In this document: positions 48,632 to 59,372 of the stretch, piece after piece | Layout of the letters: each line of letters begins with the position of its first letter | Numbering within the stretch: the stretch's first letter is position 1 | Source of the DNA: Candidatus Poribacteria bacterium | Lineage (GTDB): Bacteria; Poribacteria; WGA-4E; WGA-3G | DNA length: 64,000 nt | Direction: 5' to 3' | NCBI GenBank assembly: GCA_965205015.1 | Contig: OZ242029.1 | Location: 2,816,001 to 2,880,000 of the forward strand | The notes under the pieces: model-generated | Database searches by the model: none | Seen by the model: the letters and a program-made list of their open reading frames with translations, nothing else | What the model was told of the DNA's origin: nothing | Translations under genes and position numbers: made by a program

Positions 48632-50161
48632 ATGGCACATACACCGATCATTGAGATGCATGACATCCGCAAGCGGTTTGGACAGGTGCAGGCGAACGAC
48701 GCTGTAGATTTCACGCTCCATCGGGGTGAGATCCACGCCATTGTTGGTGAAAACGGGGCAGGTAAGTCTACACTGATGAAAATTCTCTACGGTCTGTATC
48801 AGCCCGATGCAGGCGAGATTTTCGTTGATGGACACGCTGTGAATATTTCCTCGCCACGGCGCGCCATGCAGCTCGGTTTGGGGATGGTCCAACAGCACTT
48901 TACGCTGATTCCCGTCTTCACGGCGCTTCAGAACATCGTCCTTGCCAAAGAGCCGCGCAAATTCGGCGCACTTCTCGATGAGCAACAGGCAGAGGAACAG
49001 ATTACTGCCCTCGCGGCGCAGCTCGGTTTCGATGTACCGCTGAACATCCCTGTCGAATCCCTACCGATCGGTAGACAACAACACACCGAAATCCTGAAAG
49101 TTCTCTACCACGGTGCAGACATCCTCATCATGGATGAACCGACAGCCGTGCTCGCACCCCAAGAGGTCGAAGGACTTTTTAAGTGTATGCGTAGCCTCAA
49201 AAGCGAGGGAAAAAGCCTCATTATCATCACACATAAACTCGATGAAGTCATGGCAATCGCTGACCGTGTCACAGTAATGCGACGCGGGCAAGCCGTCGCC
49301 TCCTGTCCGATTGAAGACACTGATCCGCCAACGTTAGCAGAGACGATGCTCGGTGAACCTGTTATCCCTACCGCTGTCACGCGAGAGCAGGCGATAGGTA
49401 CAACACCTCTGCTCCGTTTGGAAAACGTCACACTTTCAGAAAATGCTGATACCACAAAGAGGCACAAATGGAAAAAGGTACTGACAAATAGCGCATCCAA
49501 CAAACGACATCTCAACGAAGTGAACCTTGAAGTCTTCCCGGGTGAAATCGTCGGTATCGCAGGTGTGGAAGGGAACGGGCAGTCGGAACTCGTTCAGGTC
49601 CTGACGGGGTTACGACAGATTGATAGTGGCACGCTCACGCTTAACGGAGAACGGATCGCGCACGTCCCTGCCGATAGACATCGACACGGTATTAGTCTGA
49701 ATGACCGAATTGACGATAACTTCATCATCGGACATCATAAACACAGCCGATTCTGCCGCTATGAACTGCTTCAACGAAAATCGATTCAACGGTATGCCCT
49801 GAATGCTCTCGATAAATACCAGATTCGTGTCGGAAATATCACGGATCCGATTCGGACCCTTTCCGGTGGAAATCAGCAGAAGGTCGTTGTCGCGCGTGAG
49901 TTAGAGGCGCGTCCTGAAGTTATCATTGCCGCACACCCAACACGGGGTTTGGACATCCATGCAGCGGAATTCGTCCACACACGGCTTATTCATGCCCGTA
50001 ACCGCGCCAAAGCTATTTTACTCGTCTCCTCTGAATTGGATGAACTCCTTCACCTTAGCGACAGGATCGCAGTGATGTATGATGGCAAAATTGTCGGTAT
50101 TGTAAAGCCTGCAGAAACCAACAAACAAGAGTTGGGTGCCCTGATGCTCGGTTTGACGTAG
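48632..50161 (+). CDS. ABC transporter ATP-binding protein (CUT2, double NBD)
   Basis: GENGAGKST, DEPTAVL, AGVEGNGQ and LSGGNQQK. Confidence 0.92.
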   Translation: MAHTPIIEMHDIRKRFGQVQANDAVDFTLHRGEIHAIVGENGAGKSTLMKILYGLYQPDAGEIFVDGHAVNISSPRRAMQLGLGMVQQHFTLIPVFTALQNIVLAKEPRKFGALLDEQQAEEQITALAAQLGFDVPLNIPVESLPIGRQQHTEILKVLYHGADILIMDEPTAVLAPQEVEGLFKCMRSLKSEGKSLIIITHKLDEVMAIADRVTVMRRGQAVASCPIEDTDPPTLAETMLGEPVIPTAVTREQAIGTTPLLRLENVTLSENADTTKRHKWKKVLTNSASNKRHLNEVNLEVFPGEIVGIAGVEGNGQSELVQVLTGLRQIDSGTLTLNGERIAHVPADRHRHGISLNDRIDDNFIIGHHKHSRFCRYELLQRKSIQRYALNALDKYQIRVGNITDPIRTLSGGNQQKVVVARELEARPEVIIAAHPTRGLDIHAAEFVHTRLIHARNRAKAILLVSSELDELLHLSDRIAVMYDGKIVGIVKPAETNKQELGALMLGLT

Positions 50162-50223
50162 TGCTCACGTTAGATTGACAAATGCTACAGGACACGCTAT
50201 ACTATACAATGGAGGAAGGCACT

Positions 50224-50685
50224 ATGAAATATACTTTATTTTTCTTTGCTGCGTTTTTTGTGATTATATCACCTACCTTTGGCGAATTAACGTCTCAGGA
50301 CCTTGACAAAATCCGTCTAATTGTCAAAGAGGAGGTTTCTGAAGTGGAGACACGACTCAGAGCAGAAATCGCTGAATCCGAAAAGCGGCTGAGAACCGAA
50401 ATCGCTGAATCCGAGTCGAATATGAGAAGATATGTTGATCTCAAATTTGAGGGGGTTGACACCAAATTTGAGGGGGTTGATGCCAGCTTTGAGAGTGTTC
50501 ACAAACAACTTCTTTTAGTTGTAGGATTCGTATCTGGGCTCATAATTCTCATCGTTGTAACCATAGGCATCCCACAGATTATCATGGCGTGGCGGGGGAA
50601 AAACGAGCGGTCACAAGATAGAAGAATAGAAGAATTGTCACGAGAAATAGAAGCCCTTAAGCAAAAGCACATTGTAAGCCCTTAG
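50224..50685 (+). CDS. Small coiled-coil membrane protein with internal tandem repeats
   Basis: RLR.EIAESE x2, KFEGVD x2, C-terminal TM. TTGACA-N17-TATACT upstream at ~50176. Confidence 0.65.
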   Translation: MKYTLFFFAAFFVIISPTFGELTSQDLDKIRLIVKEEVSEVETRLRAEIAESEKRLRTEIAESESNMRRYVDLKFEGVDTKFEGVDASFESVHKQLLLVVGFVSGLIILIVVTIGIPQIIMAWRGKNERSQDRRIEELSREIEALKQKHIVSP

Positions 50686-50745
50686 AAGTCTGAGCAGCGT
50701 TTACGCCCAAACCCACCTGACCGAACCGCAAGGTATAATTAAAAA

Positions 50746-51594
50746 ATGATAATTGATTCACATACACACGCATGGCCCCGGTGGCCCTATCAACCGCCCG
50801 TTCCTGATGACGAAAGTCGCGGCAAAGTTGAACAACTCCTCCACGAAATGGATCTGCACGATGTCGACAAAGCCGTGCTTATCTGCGCACGCATCGATCG
50901 AAACCCCGAAAACAACGATTACGTTGCCGCGTGTGTCGAACGCTATCCTGAGCGGCTCATCCAGTTTGCCGATGTGGACTGCTCATGGACAGAGACGTAT
51001 CACACGGATGGTGCCGCCGATCGGTTGAAAACTGCAGCAGAAGCGTATTCCCTCAAAGGCTATACGCACTATCTCAGAGGTAATGACGATGGGAGTTGGT
51101 TCTTTTCAGCGGAGGGACAACGTTTCTTCCAGACAACAGCCGACCTCGGACTCATCGCCAGCATCGCGATGGGAAGCCATCAGCACGAGGCACTCCGAAA
51201 ACTCGCCGCGCAGTTCCCGACTGTGCCATTTCTGTGCCATCACATGGGCGGTGCGCGCGCCGGTGAGGCACCTCCGTATCCGCAGCTCAAGCAGGTGCTG
51301 GCATCAGGGGACGTGTCGAACATTCATATCAAGATGTCGGGTTTCGCGTATGTCTCACAGGTCCCATGGGATTATCCTCAGTCAGACACACATTGGATTG
51401 TGCGTGCCCTCTACGAACACTTCGGGCCTGCTCGGCTCTGTTGGGGGTCTGACTACCCAGTTGTTCGGAACTTTATGACCTATCAGCACGCACTTGAGGC
51501 GTTCCGAACGCACTGTCCATTTATCCCAGAGGCAGACAAAACAGCGATTTTAGGCGGAACGCTTGGGCGTCTACTTGGGAACGCAGGCAAATAG
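50746..51594 (+). CDS. Amidohydrolase_2 family protein
   Basis: IIDSHTH, HHMG and WGSDYP. Confidence 0.88.
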   Translation: MIIDSHTHAWPRWPYQPPVPDDESRGKVEQLLHEMDLHDVDKAVLICARIDRNPENNDYVAACVERYPERLIQFADVDCSWTETYHTDGAADRLKTAAEAYSLKGYTHYLRGNDDGSWFFSAEGQRFFQTTADLGLIASIAMGSHQHEALRKLAAQFPTVPFLCHHMGGARAGEAPPYPQLKQVLASGDVSNIHIKMSGFAYVSQVPWDYPQSDTHWIVRALYEHFGPARLCWGSDYPVVRNFMTYQHALEAFRTHCPFIPEADKTAILGGTLGRLLGNAGK

Positions 51595-51814
51595 CACTTC
51601 CTTTCTTCTGTGGCATCACGGCACTATTAACTTTCCTGTTCACAAAAAGATGGATGACTGAAAAATCCCAAGTCAACCAGAGACGGCATTTGAGCGTTTG
51701 ACAAAAAAGTTGCTTTTTTAATGAGTTTAAGGTATAATAAGAGTTAAGGTTAAAATGGTATAGTGTTACTATTGCGTTTCGTAAGGTAAATCCCAAAAAA
51801 ATGGAGAAATCAAG

Positions 51815-52468
51815 ATGAGAAATATCTTTGTTTTGACGGTACTCGCGCTGACTTTCATAGCGGGTTTCGCTTTTGCCACCGACTCATCGACTGTGCAAGG
51901 CGAATACATTGAAGCCCGTTCCGCGAGTGTCTATGTCGGGGCATGCCACTACGGTTCCGAATTCGTGGAAGGTGGCAGAGAGGCAACCGCCGTCTGGAAC
52001 ATCCAGAGTGGAACGTGGAACGATGTTTCACTGGAGAACCTAACCGTCGTCGCTGTTATTAGTGCGAAAAACAATTTGGCAATCGAGACCAAGACCCGTA
52101 AGAGCGTGTTATACATGGATCCGAGTACTACGACAGAACAGCGCGCCGCACTCAGCGACCTGCTCACGACGAAATATGCTGATGTTTTGGGTGAAGTCGT
52201 CGCAACCCAAACCACTTCCGTTGAATTTACGAAGGAAGGCACCAAATATGATGTAACCGTTGGTGAAGTTCTCAAACTTTCTGCCAACCGTTATCCGTGT
52301 GCCGGATGCACACAGCCCCATCAGATCTGGTACAAACCGCTGACAACGATTCAGAACGCCATTGTCGGTAAATCCGAAGTTTATCGTTATAAGGATGCTC
52401 ACCTCCCGGTGACATGGCAGCAAAGTGGCACAGAGAACAACGTCTTTGTCGGCACCTTCTCGCTTTAA
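51815..52468 (+). CDS. Secreted DUF1326-like protein
   Basis: GEYIEARSASVYVGACH, 'TTEQRAAL' and a signal peptide. Confidence 0.7.
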   Translation: MRNIFVLTVLALTFIAGFAFATDSSTVQGEYIEARSASVYVGACHYGSEFVEGGREATAVWNIQSGTWNDVSLENLTVVAVISAKNNLAIETKTRKSVLYMDPSTTTEQRAALSDLLTTKYADVLGEVVATQTTSVEFTKEGTKYDVTVGEVLKLSANRYPCAGCTQPHQIWYKPLTTIQNAIVGKSEVYRYKDAHLPVTWQQSGTENNVFVGTFSL

Positions 52469-52788
52469 GGCAGTGAATGTCTGTAGTTACCTCTGGGTAG
52501 CTACAGACCCCCCTTACAAACTCATCTTTCTCAGTCTCCCCTTGGGGTTGTCCTAAGATCTCCTTTTCACAAAAGATCATAGAAATCAGCACCGCCCTTA
52601 AATAGGGTGCTTTTGGTGCTGTATAGTTACCTGAGTTTCCACTTCTTATATAACTCTAAAATATACTAATAGCGTAACACATACACAACCCCATTTTCAA
52701 GGAGCTGAACAGAATCTTTCAAGGCATCGCACACCAAACACCGTTCAGTCGAGACATGCTGATCATTGATGAAAATTAGTAGACCAAT

Positions 52789-54615
52789 TCATTTTCCGAC
52801 TACATTCATATTTCCTCTCCACACCCCTTGCATCTCCTCGCACGTTTCCAAAAGCACTTCTAACGTTCCCTCCGCTTCTATTTTTCCGCCCTTGAGGACG
52901 ACAATATTATCGGCGTGCCGTAGGGCAATAGGACGATGTGACACGACAAGATACGTGCTTGTGGGTAAACTATTCGAAGTCGACTCGCGTCGTTCAAATA
53001 TCCGACGCCATAACTTCTGCTCTGTTTCCACATCAAGAGCACTGGAAAGATCGTCAAACACCAGTAATTCAGGCTCACGCACCAGCATCCGCGCCGCTGC
53101 TGTGCGCTGTAGTTGTCCACCGGAGAGTCTAACACCTCTGGGACCAATCACCGTATCCAATCCACTTTCAAATGTTTTGAGATCGTCCTCCATCACTCCT
53201 GCCCAGATCGCTGCAGGAAGATTGACGTTATCTTCCGATAGTCCCATCAGGATATTGTCTCGAAGGGTATCGCTGAAAAGTCGTGGGACTTGAGGAGTGT
53301 ATGCACAGCGTGGTGGTACGAGGAACGATGCCGTATCCACGATGGGTTTACCATTCCAGTAGACGTTTCCGGTGTCTCGAGGTAGATGCCCCAATAGTAC
53401 CTCCAAGAGCGTTGTTTTACCGGAACCGACGCGTCCGGTGATGACAGTAACGGTCCCGGCTTCCAGGCTGAGATTGATATTTTCAATCCCGCGTCCCGTA
53501 TCCCGGAAGTGATAGGTCAACCCTTCGACTTCAAGGCGGCTTAGATGATGACTTCTGTTTTTGACGATGAAGGGAACGCTTGGAAAGTTACCGCGTAGGT
53601 ATACCGGTCCAAGTCTGAGTAGCTTCTCTTGTGCATCATCGGTTGTCAGTTCAGAGAGTCGTTTCAGAGAAACATTGGCTTGTTTGAATGCTGCTAACAA
53701 ACGCCCCAGCCAATTGGCAAACCCTAACACCGAAACCTGCCCGAGTGCGATGTAATTAACGAACAGTGCGAAATCACCTACGGTAAAAACGCCACCTCTC
53801 ATCATCTCGCCAGCCAATATCAAACTTACGCCCATCGCTAAGTTGATTGTTGTCGAATTCATTGAAGATAGTAATTGGTTGAAAAGGTTCTCTTTGACAA
53901 CAGCCTTGCGTCTTACCTCGCTGAGACCATCAAAATGATGAACGGCATTTGCCTCGGTATTTGCCACCTTGATCGCTTGTGCTGCACCGAAGAGTTCACC
54001 GAGAAAGCCGGTGACACGACCTGTGGCTTCGCGGTTTATACGTCGATACGTTTGAATGCGCTGACCCAACCCGTTTGTCAGGGCTACAATTGCTATCATC
54101 GGTAGAAAGGCGAAAAGTGTAATGAAAGCATCGACACGCAATAGCACAACCAACGCAATAAGAGCAGATAGTGCGTGTCCGCTTAATTCAATAACGATTG
54201 TGATTGGGGCGACTGCCCCTTGTGTATCATCGTCAAAACGATTGATTATCTCGCCGGGATTTTGCCCAGAATAGATCTCTGCGTCTTGCAGGAGGGATTT
54301 GAACAAATTCCTGCGAATTAGTGTTTGAAGTTTACCTTCAAAGTAGGCATAGGTTGCAGCATAGCTCTGTTCAAATATTTGGATAGTCAACCGTGTGACC
54401 AAGAAGAGGATCACCAAGGTCCACAGATCAAAACGGACAGGTGTTTCACCTGTCAAGGCGTTAAAGAACTCACGTAGGATTACCCCAATGAGAAGTGGTA
54501 GACCATAATAAGCCAAGGAAAAGATGAAACTTAGACCATACAACAACGGGCTAAAGCGTATCAGTCGCCAGAAATAGTGTCGTTTCTTTTTATTGTTCAG
54601 AGATAGTGTTTTCAC
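52789..54615 (-). CDS. ABC exporter, fused TMD-NBD
   Basis: GRVGSGKTT, LSGGQLQR and FDDLSSALD. Confidence 0.92.
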   Translation of the reverse strand: MKTLSLNNKKKRHYFWRLIRFSPLLYGLSFIFSLAYYGLPLLIGVILREFFNALTGETPVRFDLWTLVILFLVTRLTIQIFEQSYAATYAYFEGKLQTLIRRNLFKSLLQDAEIYSGQNPGEIINRFDDDTQGAVAPITIVIELSGHALSALIALVVLLRVDAFITLFAFLPMIAIVALTNGLGQRIQTYRRINREATGRVTGFLGELFGAAQAIKVANTEANAVHHFDGLSEVRRKAVVKENLFNQLLSSMNSTTINLAMGVSLILAGEMMRGGVFTVGDFALFVNYIALGQVSVLGFANWLGRLLAAFKQANVSLKRLSELTTDDAQEKLLRLGPVYLRGNFPSVPFIVKNRSHHLSRLEVEGLTYHFRDTGRGIENINLSLEAGTVTVITGRVGSGKTTLLEVLLGHLPRDTGNVYWNGKPIVDTASFLVPPRCAYTPQVPRLFSDTLRDNILMGLSEDNVNLPAAIWAGVMEDDLKTFESGLDTVIGPRGVRLSGGQLQRTAAARMLVREPELLVFDDLSSALDVETEQKLWRRIFERRESTSNSLPTSTYLVVSHRPIALRHADNIVVLKGGKIEAEGTLEVLLETCEEMQGVWRGNMNVVGK

Positions 54616-56357
54616 GCCAGAAACTCCTCTAATCCCGTTTGCAAGAGACCGAAAAGAATGGAATTGGGATTCGCTGCCAAATTTTCATATTCTCCATATT
54701 CTCTGATGCGTCCTTCTTCGAGAATCATAATTTCGTCTGCTCGCTGCACAGTCGAAAGGCGATGGGCAATTATAATTGCAGTCCGATTTCTCAGGAGTGT
54801 GTCTATTGCTCGTTCAAGGTGTCTTTCAGTGGCAGGATCCAGACGGGATGAGGCTTCATCCAGGATTATCAATCTGGGATTCCTGAGGAAAACTCGCGTG
54901 AATGCCAACAGCTGCGCTTCGCCAGCGGAAACTCCACCCCCACCTGAAGGAAGTTCTGTATCAAGTCCATCAGGCAGCATATCGTACCAAGCACCTAATC
55001 CCAAGGCTTGGAGCCCCGCAAGGACTTGCTCATCCTCAATTGTTCGATCAAACAAGGTTAAGTTATCTCGAACAGATGCCTGAAAGAGTTGGACATCTTG
55101 TGTGACGATACCGATGTGCCGACGAAGGTCAGACAGTTGTAGGTTACTTATGTCTGTGCCGCCTAAGTAAATCGTGCCATCATTGGGATCGTAGAGCCGA
55201 AACAGGAGACGAGAAAGCGTGGTTTTTCCGCTCCCGGTGCGTCCGAGCAGCCCGAGAACTTTACCCGGACTCAGATGAAATGACAGGTTTTTCAGAATTG
55301 GTTGTTCTGGCTGGTAGGAAAAGGAAATATTTTGGCATTCAACTGACAATGCCCCTGGAGGAAGAACCGCTCCTGGACCATCTTGGATTTTGGGTTTGGT
55401 TTGCATAAGTTCCCTAACACGCCTGATGCTAACCTTAACCATTTGGAAGTCCTCTATCTGGCGTTGAATCCTATTCAGCGGAGCATGCAACATCTGGAGA
55501 TAATGGAGAACGAGATAGACTGTCCCGATAGTAATAACGTTGACTTGGAATAGGTATGCGCTAAGCCCCATCACACTCGTGAAACCGATAGCAAATACAA
55601 TGTTTGATATAGTCCATCCTATATCGGTGATAATGTCGGCTTTGAACTTTGATAGGACTGTTCGTCTCATGACCTCATGAAAACGGCGCATCACGTAAGC
55701 GATTGCGCCATTAGCCCGAATGTCTCGGAGTCCGGAAAGACGTTCCTCAAGAAAACTCGACAGATCGGCACTCGCCTGTCTCTCAGCGTCCCAGTAAGGC
55801 TCAGAGATGAGCTGAGAGCGAATGTGAACCATCAAATAGACCGTCACAAGGACTGCGAGAATCGCACTCAGTCGCCAGTCTTCGTAAAAGAGGACAATCA
55901 ATGTGCCGACTGACAACAGAACGCCGCCCAATATCTCCATTACAAATTGCGAGAAAAAGTTGGCAAGCCTATCTACATCGCCGTCAACGCGTTCAATCAA
56001 TTCGCCGGGTGTATGGGTGCTATGGAAAGAAATATCTAATCCTAAGATATGAAGGGTCAAATTTGCCCGTAGGCGGTTGGTTGCCCGCCAACTCACATCA
56101 CTGCTGACGTATACTGAAAGGGCAGATACAGCCTGATGAATCAATCCCACACCAATGAAAAGCAGTCCAGCTTGGATCAATTTCTGGAGTGCCTCGGTTG
56201 ATCTCGCAGTATCAATGAAATGACGCACAATTAGCGGGTTGATGAGTTGTAGACCGATGCTGCTAAACAAAAGCAGGGTTATCAGCAAAACTCTTGGCCA
56301 CTGCGGTTTTAGGTAGTCAATAAGTAAGCCCCAATATTGGCTGTGTGGTATTTTCAT
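54612..56357 (-). CDS. ABC exporter, fused TMD-NBD (heterodimer partner)
   Basis: GRTGSGKTT, VSAGEAQ and LDEASSRLD. Overlaps the next gene by 4 bp. Confidence 0.92.
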   Translation of the reverse strand: MKIPHSQYWGLLIDYLKPQWPRVLLITLLLFSSIGLQLINPLIVRHFIDTARSTEALQKLIQAGLLFIGVGLIHQAVSALSVYVSSDVSWRATNRLRANLTLHILGLDISFHSTHTPGELIERVDGDVDRLANFFSQFVMEILGGVLLSVGTLIVLFYEDWRLSAILAVLVTVYLMVHIRSQLISEPYWDAERQASADLSSFLEERLSGLRDIRANGAIAYVMRRFHEVMRRTVLSKFKADIITDIGWTISNIVFAIGFTSVMGLSAYLFQVNVITIGTVYLVLHYLQMLHAPLNRIQRQIEDFQMVKVSIRRVRELMQTKPKIQDGPGAVLPPGALSVECQNISFSYQPEQPILKNLSFHLSPGKVLGLLGRTGSGKTTLSRLLFRLYDPNDGTIYLGGTDISNLQLSDLRRHIGIVTQDVQLFQASVRDNLTLFDRTIEDEQVLAGLQALGLGAWYDMLPDGLDTELPSGGGGVSAGEAQLLAFTRVFLRNPRLIILDEASSRLDPATERHLERAIDTLLRNRTAIIIAHRLSTVQRADEIMILEEGRIREYGEYENLAANPNSILFGLLQTGLEEFLA

Positions 56358-56768
56358 ATGTTATATCTAATGAAGTAGTAACCCGTCCTTTTGTTTTCCG
56401 GAGTTTTTCATATCTGGGTTCTCGCGGCACACACTAATACAGAACGCATCCTCATTGTATATAACCCTAACTTCAGTGTTTAATTCAGCAGAATGTGTGA
56501 TACTTTTCTTTGCTCATAACAAGTTGGGCGCACTTTCGCGCGTTTCCAGACCGGTGCGAAAGCCTGCTTAGCACACTACCTACATAGAGACGTTACCAGG
56601 GAAGAAATTGTTTGGATACATAGAGTATTCTATTGTATAATAAGTGGTGTCTACCGAGTATATAACGCAACCGACAATCAAGAAAACTATAGACATGTGG
56701 GTGCATATAATGAATAGACAACTAAAGGGAAAATATAGAAGAAAACACGTATATTATAAGGAGAATGA

Positions 56769-57620
56769 ATGGACACAAAGACAACACCCGAAAAACGGAA
56801 ATTTAAATTGACTTCTGAAGAACGATCCGCTTGGGAAGAGAAAGGATACTTCATCCGCTATAACGTTTTTACAAAAAAAGAAAACGACTTTTTAGCGCAA
56901 ATCGCGGATGACATTGCTCTCGGAAAACGCTCCTTCCCGGACTATCATATCTTTCAAAACGCTTTAGTCAGAGACGGTAAAATCGAAGCACAAGGCATCT
57001 ATGCGATGCACAATATCCAATATGTGAGTTGTAATTGTTCAGAATTCCTCACACGCACCCGTGATCCGCGCCTCACTGATCCCGTTGTTGACATACTCGG
57101 ACCAGATCTCCTCGGTCTCAACAATCTTTACATTTGGAAACCGCCAAAAATCGGTCTCGGCTTTCCATGGCACCAGGATAAATGGTATTTTAACCATCAG
57201 TATAAAACCGGAACGACAGTCGCAACATGGACTGCGATGGATGCATCAGATGAAAGCAACGGGTGTTTATACGTTATCCCCGGTAGCCACAAGTGTGGCG
57301 TTCGTGCGCACATTGAGCTTGAAGGTTCACAACAAGGAGAGTTTAAACAGGCAGAAGGGGCTCGTGATGAAGATGGTGTTGCGGTAGAAGTCCCTGCTGG
57401 AGCGGTCATCTATTTTAACAGCCAAGTCCTCCATAAAAGCACGGATAACCACAGTGAGCGTTTCAGACGCGCAAACATCGCACATTATATCAGTGCCAAA
57501 GCAGAATGGACACGTCCGGAGGCTGTGAATAAAAAACGACCTCCCATGTGGATTCGTGGTGAAACCTATCCCGGTATGGCAGCTGAAGTTCAATGGGACG
57601 TTATACCAATTTTAGAATAG
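56769..57620 (+). CDS. Phytanoyl-CoA dioxygenase (PhyH) family Fe/2OG oxygenase
   Basis: WHQD, NGCLYVIPGSH and LHKS..N.S.R. Confidence 0.9.
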   Translation: MDTKTTPEKRKFKLTSEERSAWEEKGYFIRYNVFTKKENDFLAQIADDIALGKRSFPDYHIFQNALVRDGKIEAQGIYAMHNIQYVSCNCSEFLTRTRDPRLTDPVVDILGPDLLGLNNLYIWKPPKIGLGFPWHQDKWYFNHQYKTGTTVATWTAMDASDESNGCLYVIPGSHKCGVRAHIELEGSQQGEFKQAEGARDEDGVAVEVPAGAVIYFNSQVLHKSTDNHSERFRRANIAHYISAKAEWTRPEAVNKKRPPMWIRGETYPGMAAEVQWDVIPILE

Positions 57621-57668
57621 TACATCGTAATGGATCATGCCATATAGAAGTTATGGAAAAGAGCATTT

Positions 57669-58526
57669 ATGGACAGAAATACGACCCTCCAAGAACGCAA
57701 GTTTAGACTGACACCTGAAGAACGATTTTCTTGGGACGAAAACGGATACTTTGTCCGATTCAACGTTTTCACCAAAGCGGAAAACGACGTGCTACGTCAA
57801 ATCGCGGACGACATTGCCGTGGGAAAACGACCTTTCCCAAGAGGGAATATCGATCAAAACGCATTGGTCAGGGACGAAAAAGTTGAAGCCTCTGGTATCC
57901 ACGCGATGCACAAAATCCATCATGTGAGCTGTTATTGTCCTGAATTCCTTGACCGTGTCCGTGACCCGCGTCTCACAGATCCAATTGTTGAGCTACTCGG
58001 TCCAGATATTCTCGGTCTCAATAATCTGTATATCTGGAAAGCACCCAAGATTGGTTTAGGGTTCCCGTGGCATCAAGATAAATGGTATTTTAACCACCAG
58101 TATAAAACTGAGATGACAGTCGGAACGTGGACGGCGATTGATGCGGCAGATATAGATAATGGGTGTCTCTACGTTATCCCGGGTAGCCACAAATATGGCA
58201 TTCTTAAACATGAGGACTTGGAAGGTTCACAACAGAATGAGTTTAAAATAGCACGCGATGCCAAGGACGAAGATGGGGTCGCCGTTGAAGTGCCGCCTGG
58301 AGCCGTTGTTTGGTTCAACAACCAACTCCTCCATAAAAGCACGGATAACCACAGTTTACGGTTTCGACGGTGTAATGTGGCACATTATATCAGTACAAAT
58401 GCGGAACGTATCCCTAAAAAAGATGGCAAAAATATCCGTCCTGTCATGTGGGTTCGCGGTGATACATACTCAGAGAAGATGGAACCCGTCTATCGGGATG
58501 TTTTACCCATCCCAGAATCCGATTGA
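57669..58526 (+). CDS. PhyH family dioxygenase (tandem paralog)
   Basis: Same motifs and high identity to the upstream gene. Confidence 0.9.
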   Translation: MDRNTTLQERKFRLTPEERFSWDENGYFVRFNVFTKAENDVLRQIADDIAVGKRPFPRGNIDQNALVRDEKVEASGIHAMHKIHHVSCYCPEFLDRVRDPRLTDPIVELLGPDILGLNNLYIWKAPKIGLGFPWHQDKWYFNHQYKTEMTVGTWTAIDAADIDNGCLYVIPGSHKYGILKHEDLEGSQQNEFKIARDAKDEDGVAVEVPPGAVVWFNNQLLHKSTDNHSLRFRRCNVAHYISTNAERIPKKDGKNIRPVMWVRGDTYSEKMEPVYRDVLPIPESD

Positions 58527-58586
58527 AAAAACAGAGTTTGTGTGCTATACTGACAAACAATAGGATTATTCGCAAGGAAGAGGGTT

Positions 58587-59372
58587 ATGTCTTACCTTAA
58601 TTTCGAACGCCACCGAGATTGGAAAACGAACGGTTATCTGCGGATTCCCGCCTTCTTCTCCACCGAAGAGGTGAACGATCTACAGGCATGGGTCTCTGAA
58701 ATCTCAGGCTGGGAACCGACGCCGGACAAGTGGATGCATCACTACGAATCCACGCCAGCCGGACCGCGGCTCTCCCGTTCGGAAAATTTCGTGCCGTATC
58801 ACATCGGTATGAAAACCACCGTGACACGTGGCAAAGTGTTAGATGTCGTTTCCGAGTTAATGGAGGAACCTGCTGTCCTCTACAAAGAGAAAATCAATTA
58901 CAAGTACCCCGGTGGCGGTGGTTACGCAGCGCACCAAGATGCCCCCGCTTATGAGTTCATCAAATTCCATATCACCTGTTTAATTTCTGTTGATGCAGCG
59001 ACTCCTGAAAGCGGATGCCTCTATTTCGCGCCCGGTAGGCACAACGAAGGATTCATCGCGTTGGACGAGAAGGGGTGCGTCGCCCCTGAAACCGCTGCAA
59101 CGATGGCGTGGGTCGCTGTGCCGACGGAGCCGGGAGACATTCTTCTCTTCGGCTCTTACATTCCACATAAGAGTCCGAGCAACCGCGCGGATCGACCGAG
59201 ACGCATTATCTATCTCACCTATAATGCCAGTTCCCAAGGCGACTGGCGCGAACAGTATTACGCAGACAAACGGCAGGCTTTCTCGCAGTACGCAGCCGAT
59301 GGCTCAAACCGAGACAAACAAATTAGTAAGATCGCACATTTTCAAGGGAAATCCGTGAATCATGACTTATGA
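58587..59372 (+). CDS. PhyH-fold dioxygenase, PhnY-like
   Basis: KEKINYKYPGGGGYAAHQD. Overlaps the HD gene. Confidence 0.8.
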   Translation: MSYLNFERHRDWKTNGYLRIPAFFSTEEVNDLQAWVSEISGWEPTPDKWMHHYESTPAGPRLSRSENFVPYHIGMKTTVTRGKVLDVVSELMEEPAVLYKEKINYKYPGGGGYAAHQDAPAYEFIKFHITCLISVDAATPESGCLYFAPGRHNEGFIALDEKGCVAPETAATMAWVAVPTEPGDILLFGSYIPHKSPSNRADRPRRIIYLTYNASSQGDWREQYYADKRQAFSQYAADGSNRDKQISKIAHFQGKSVNHDL

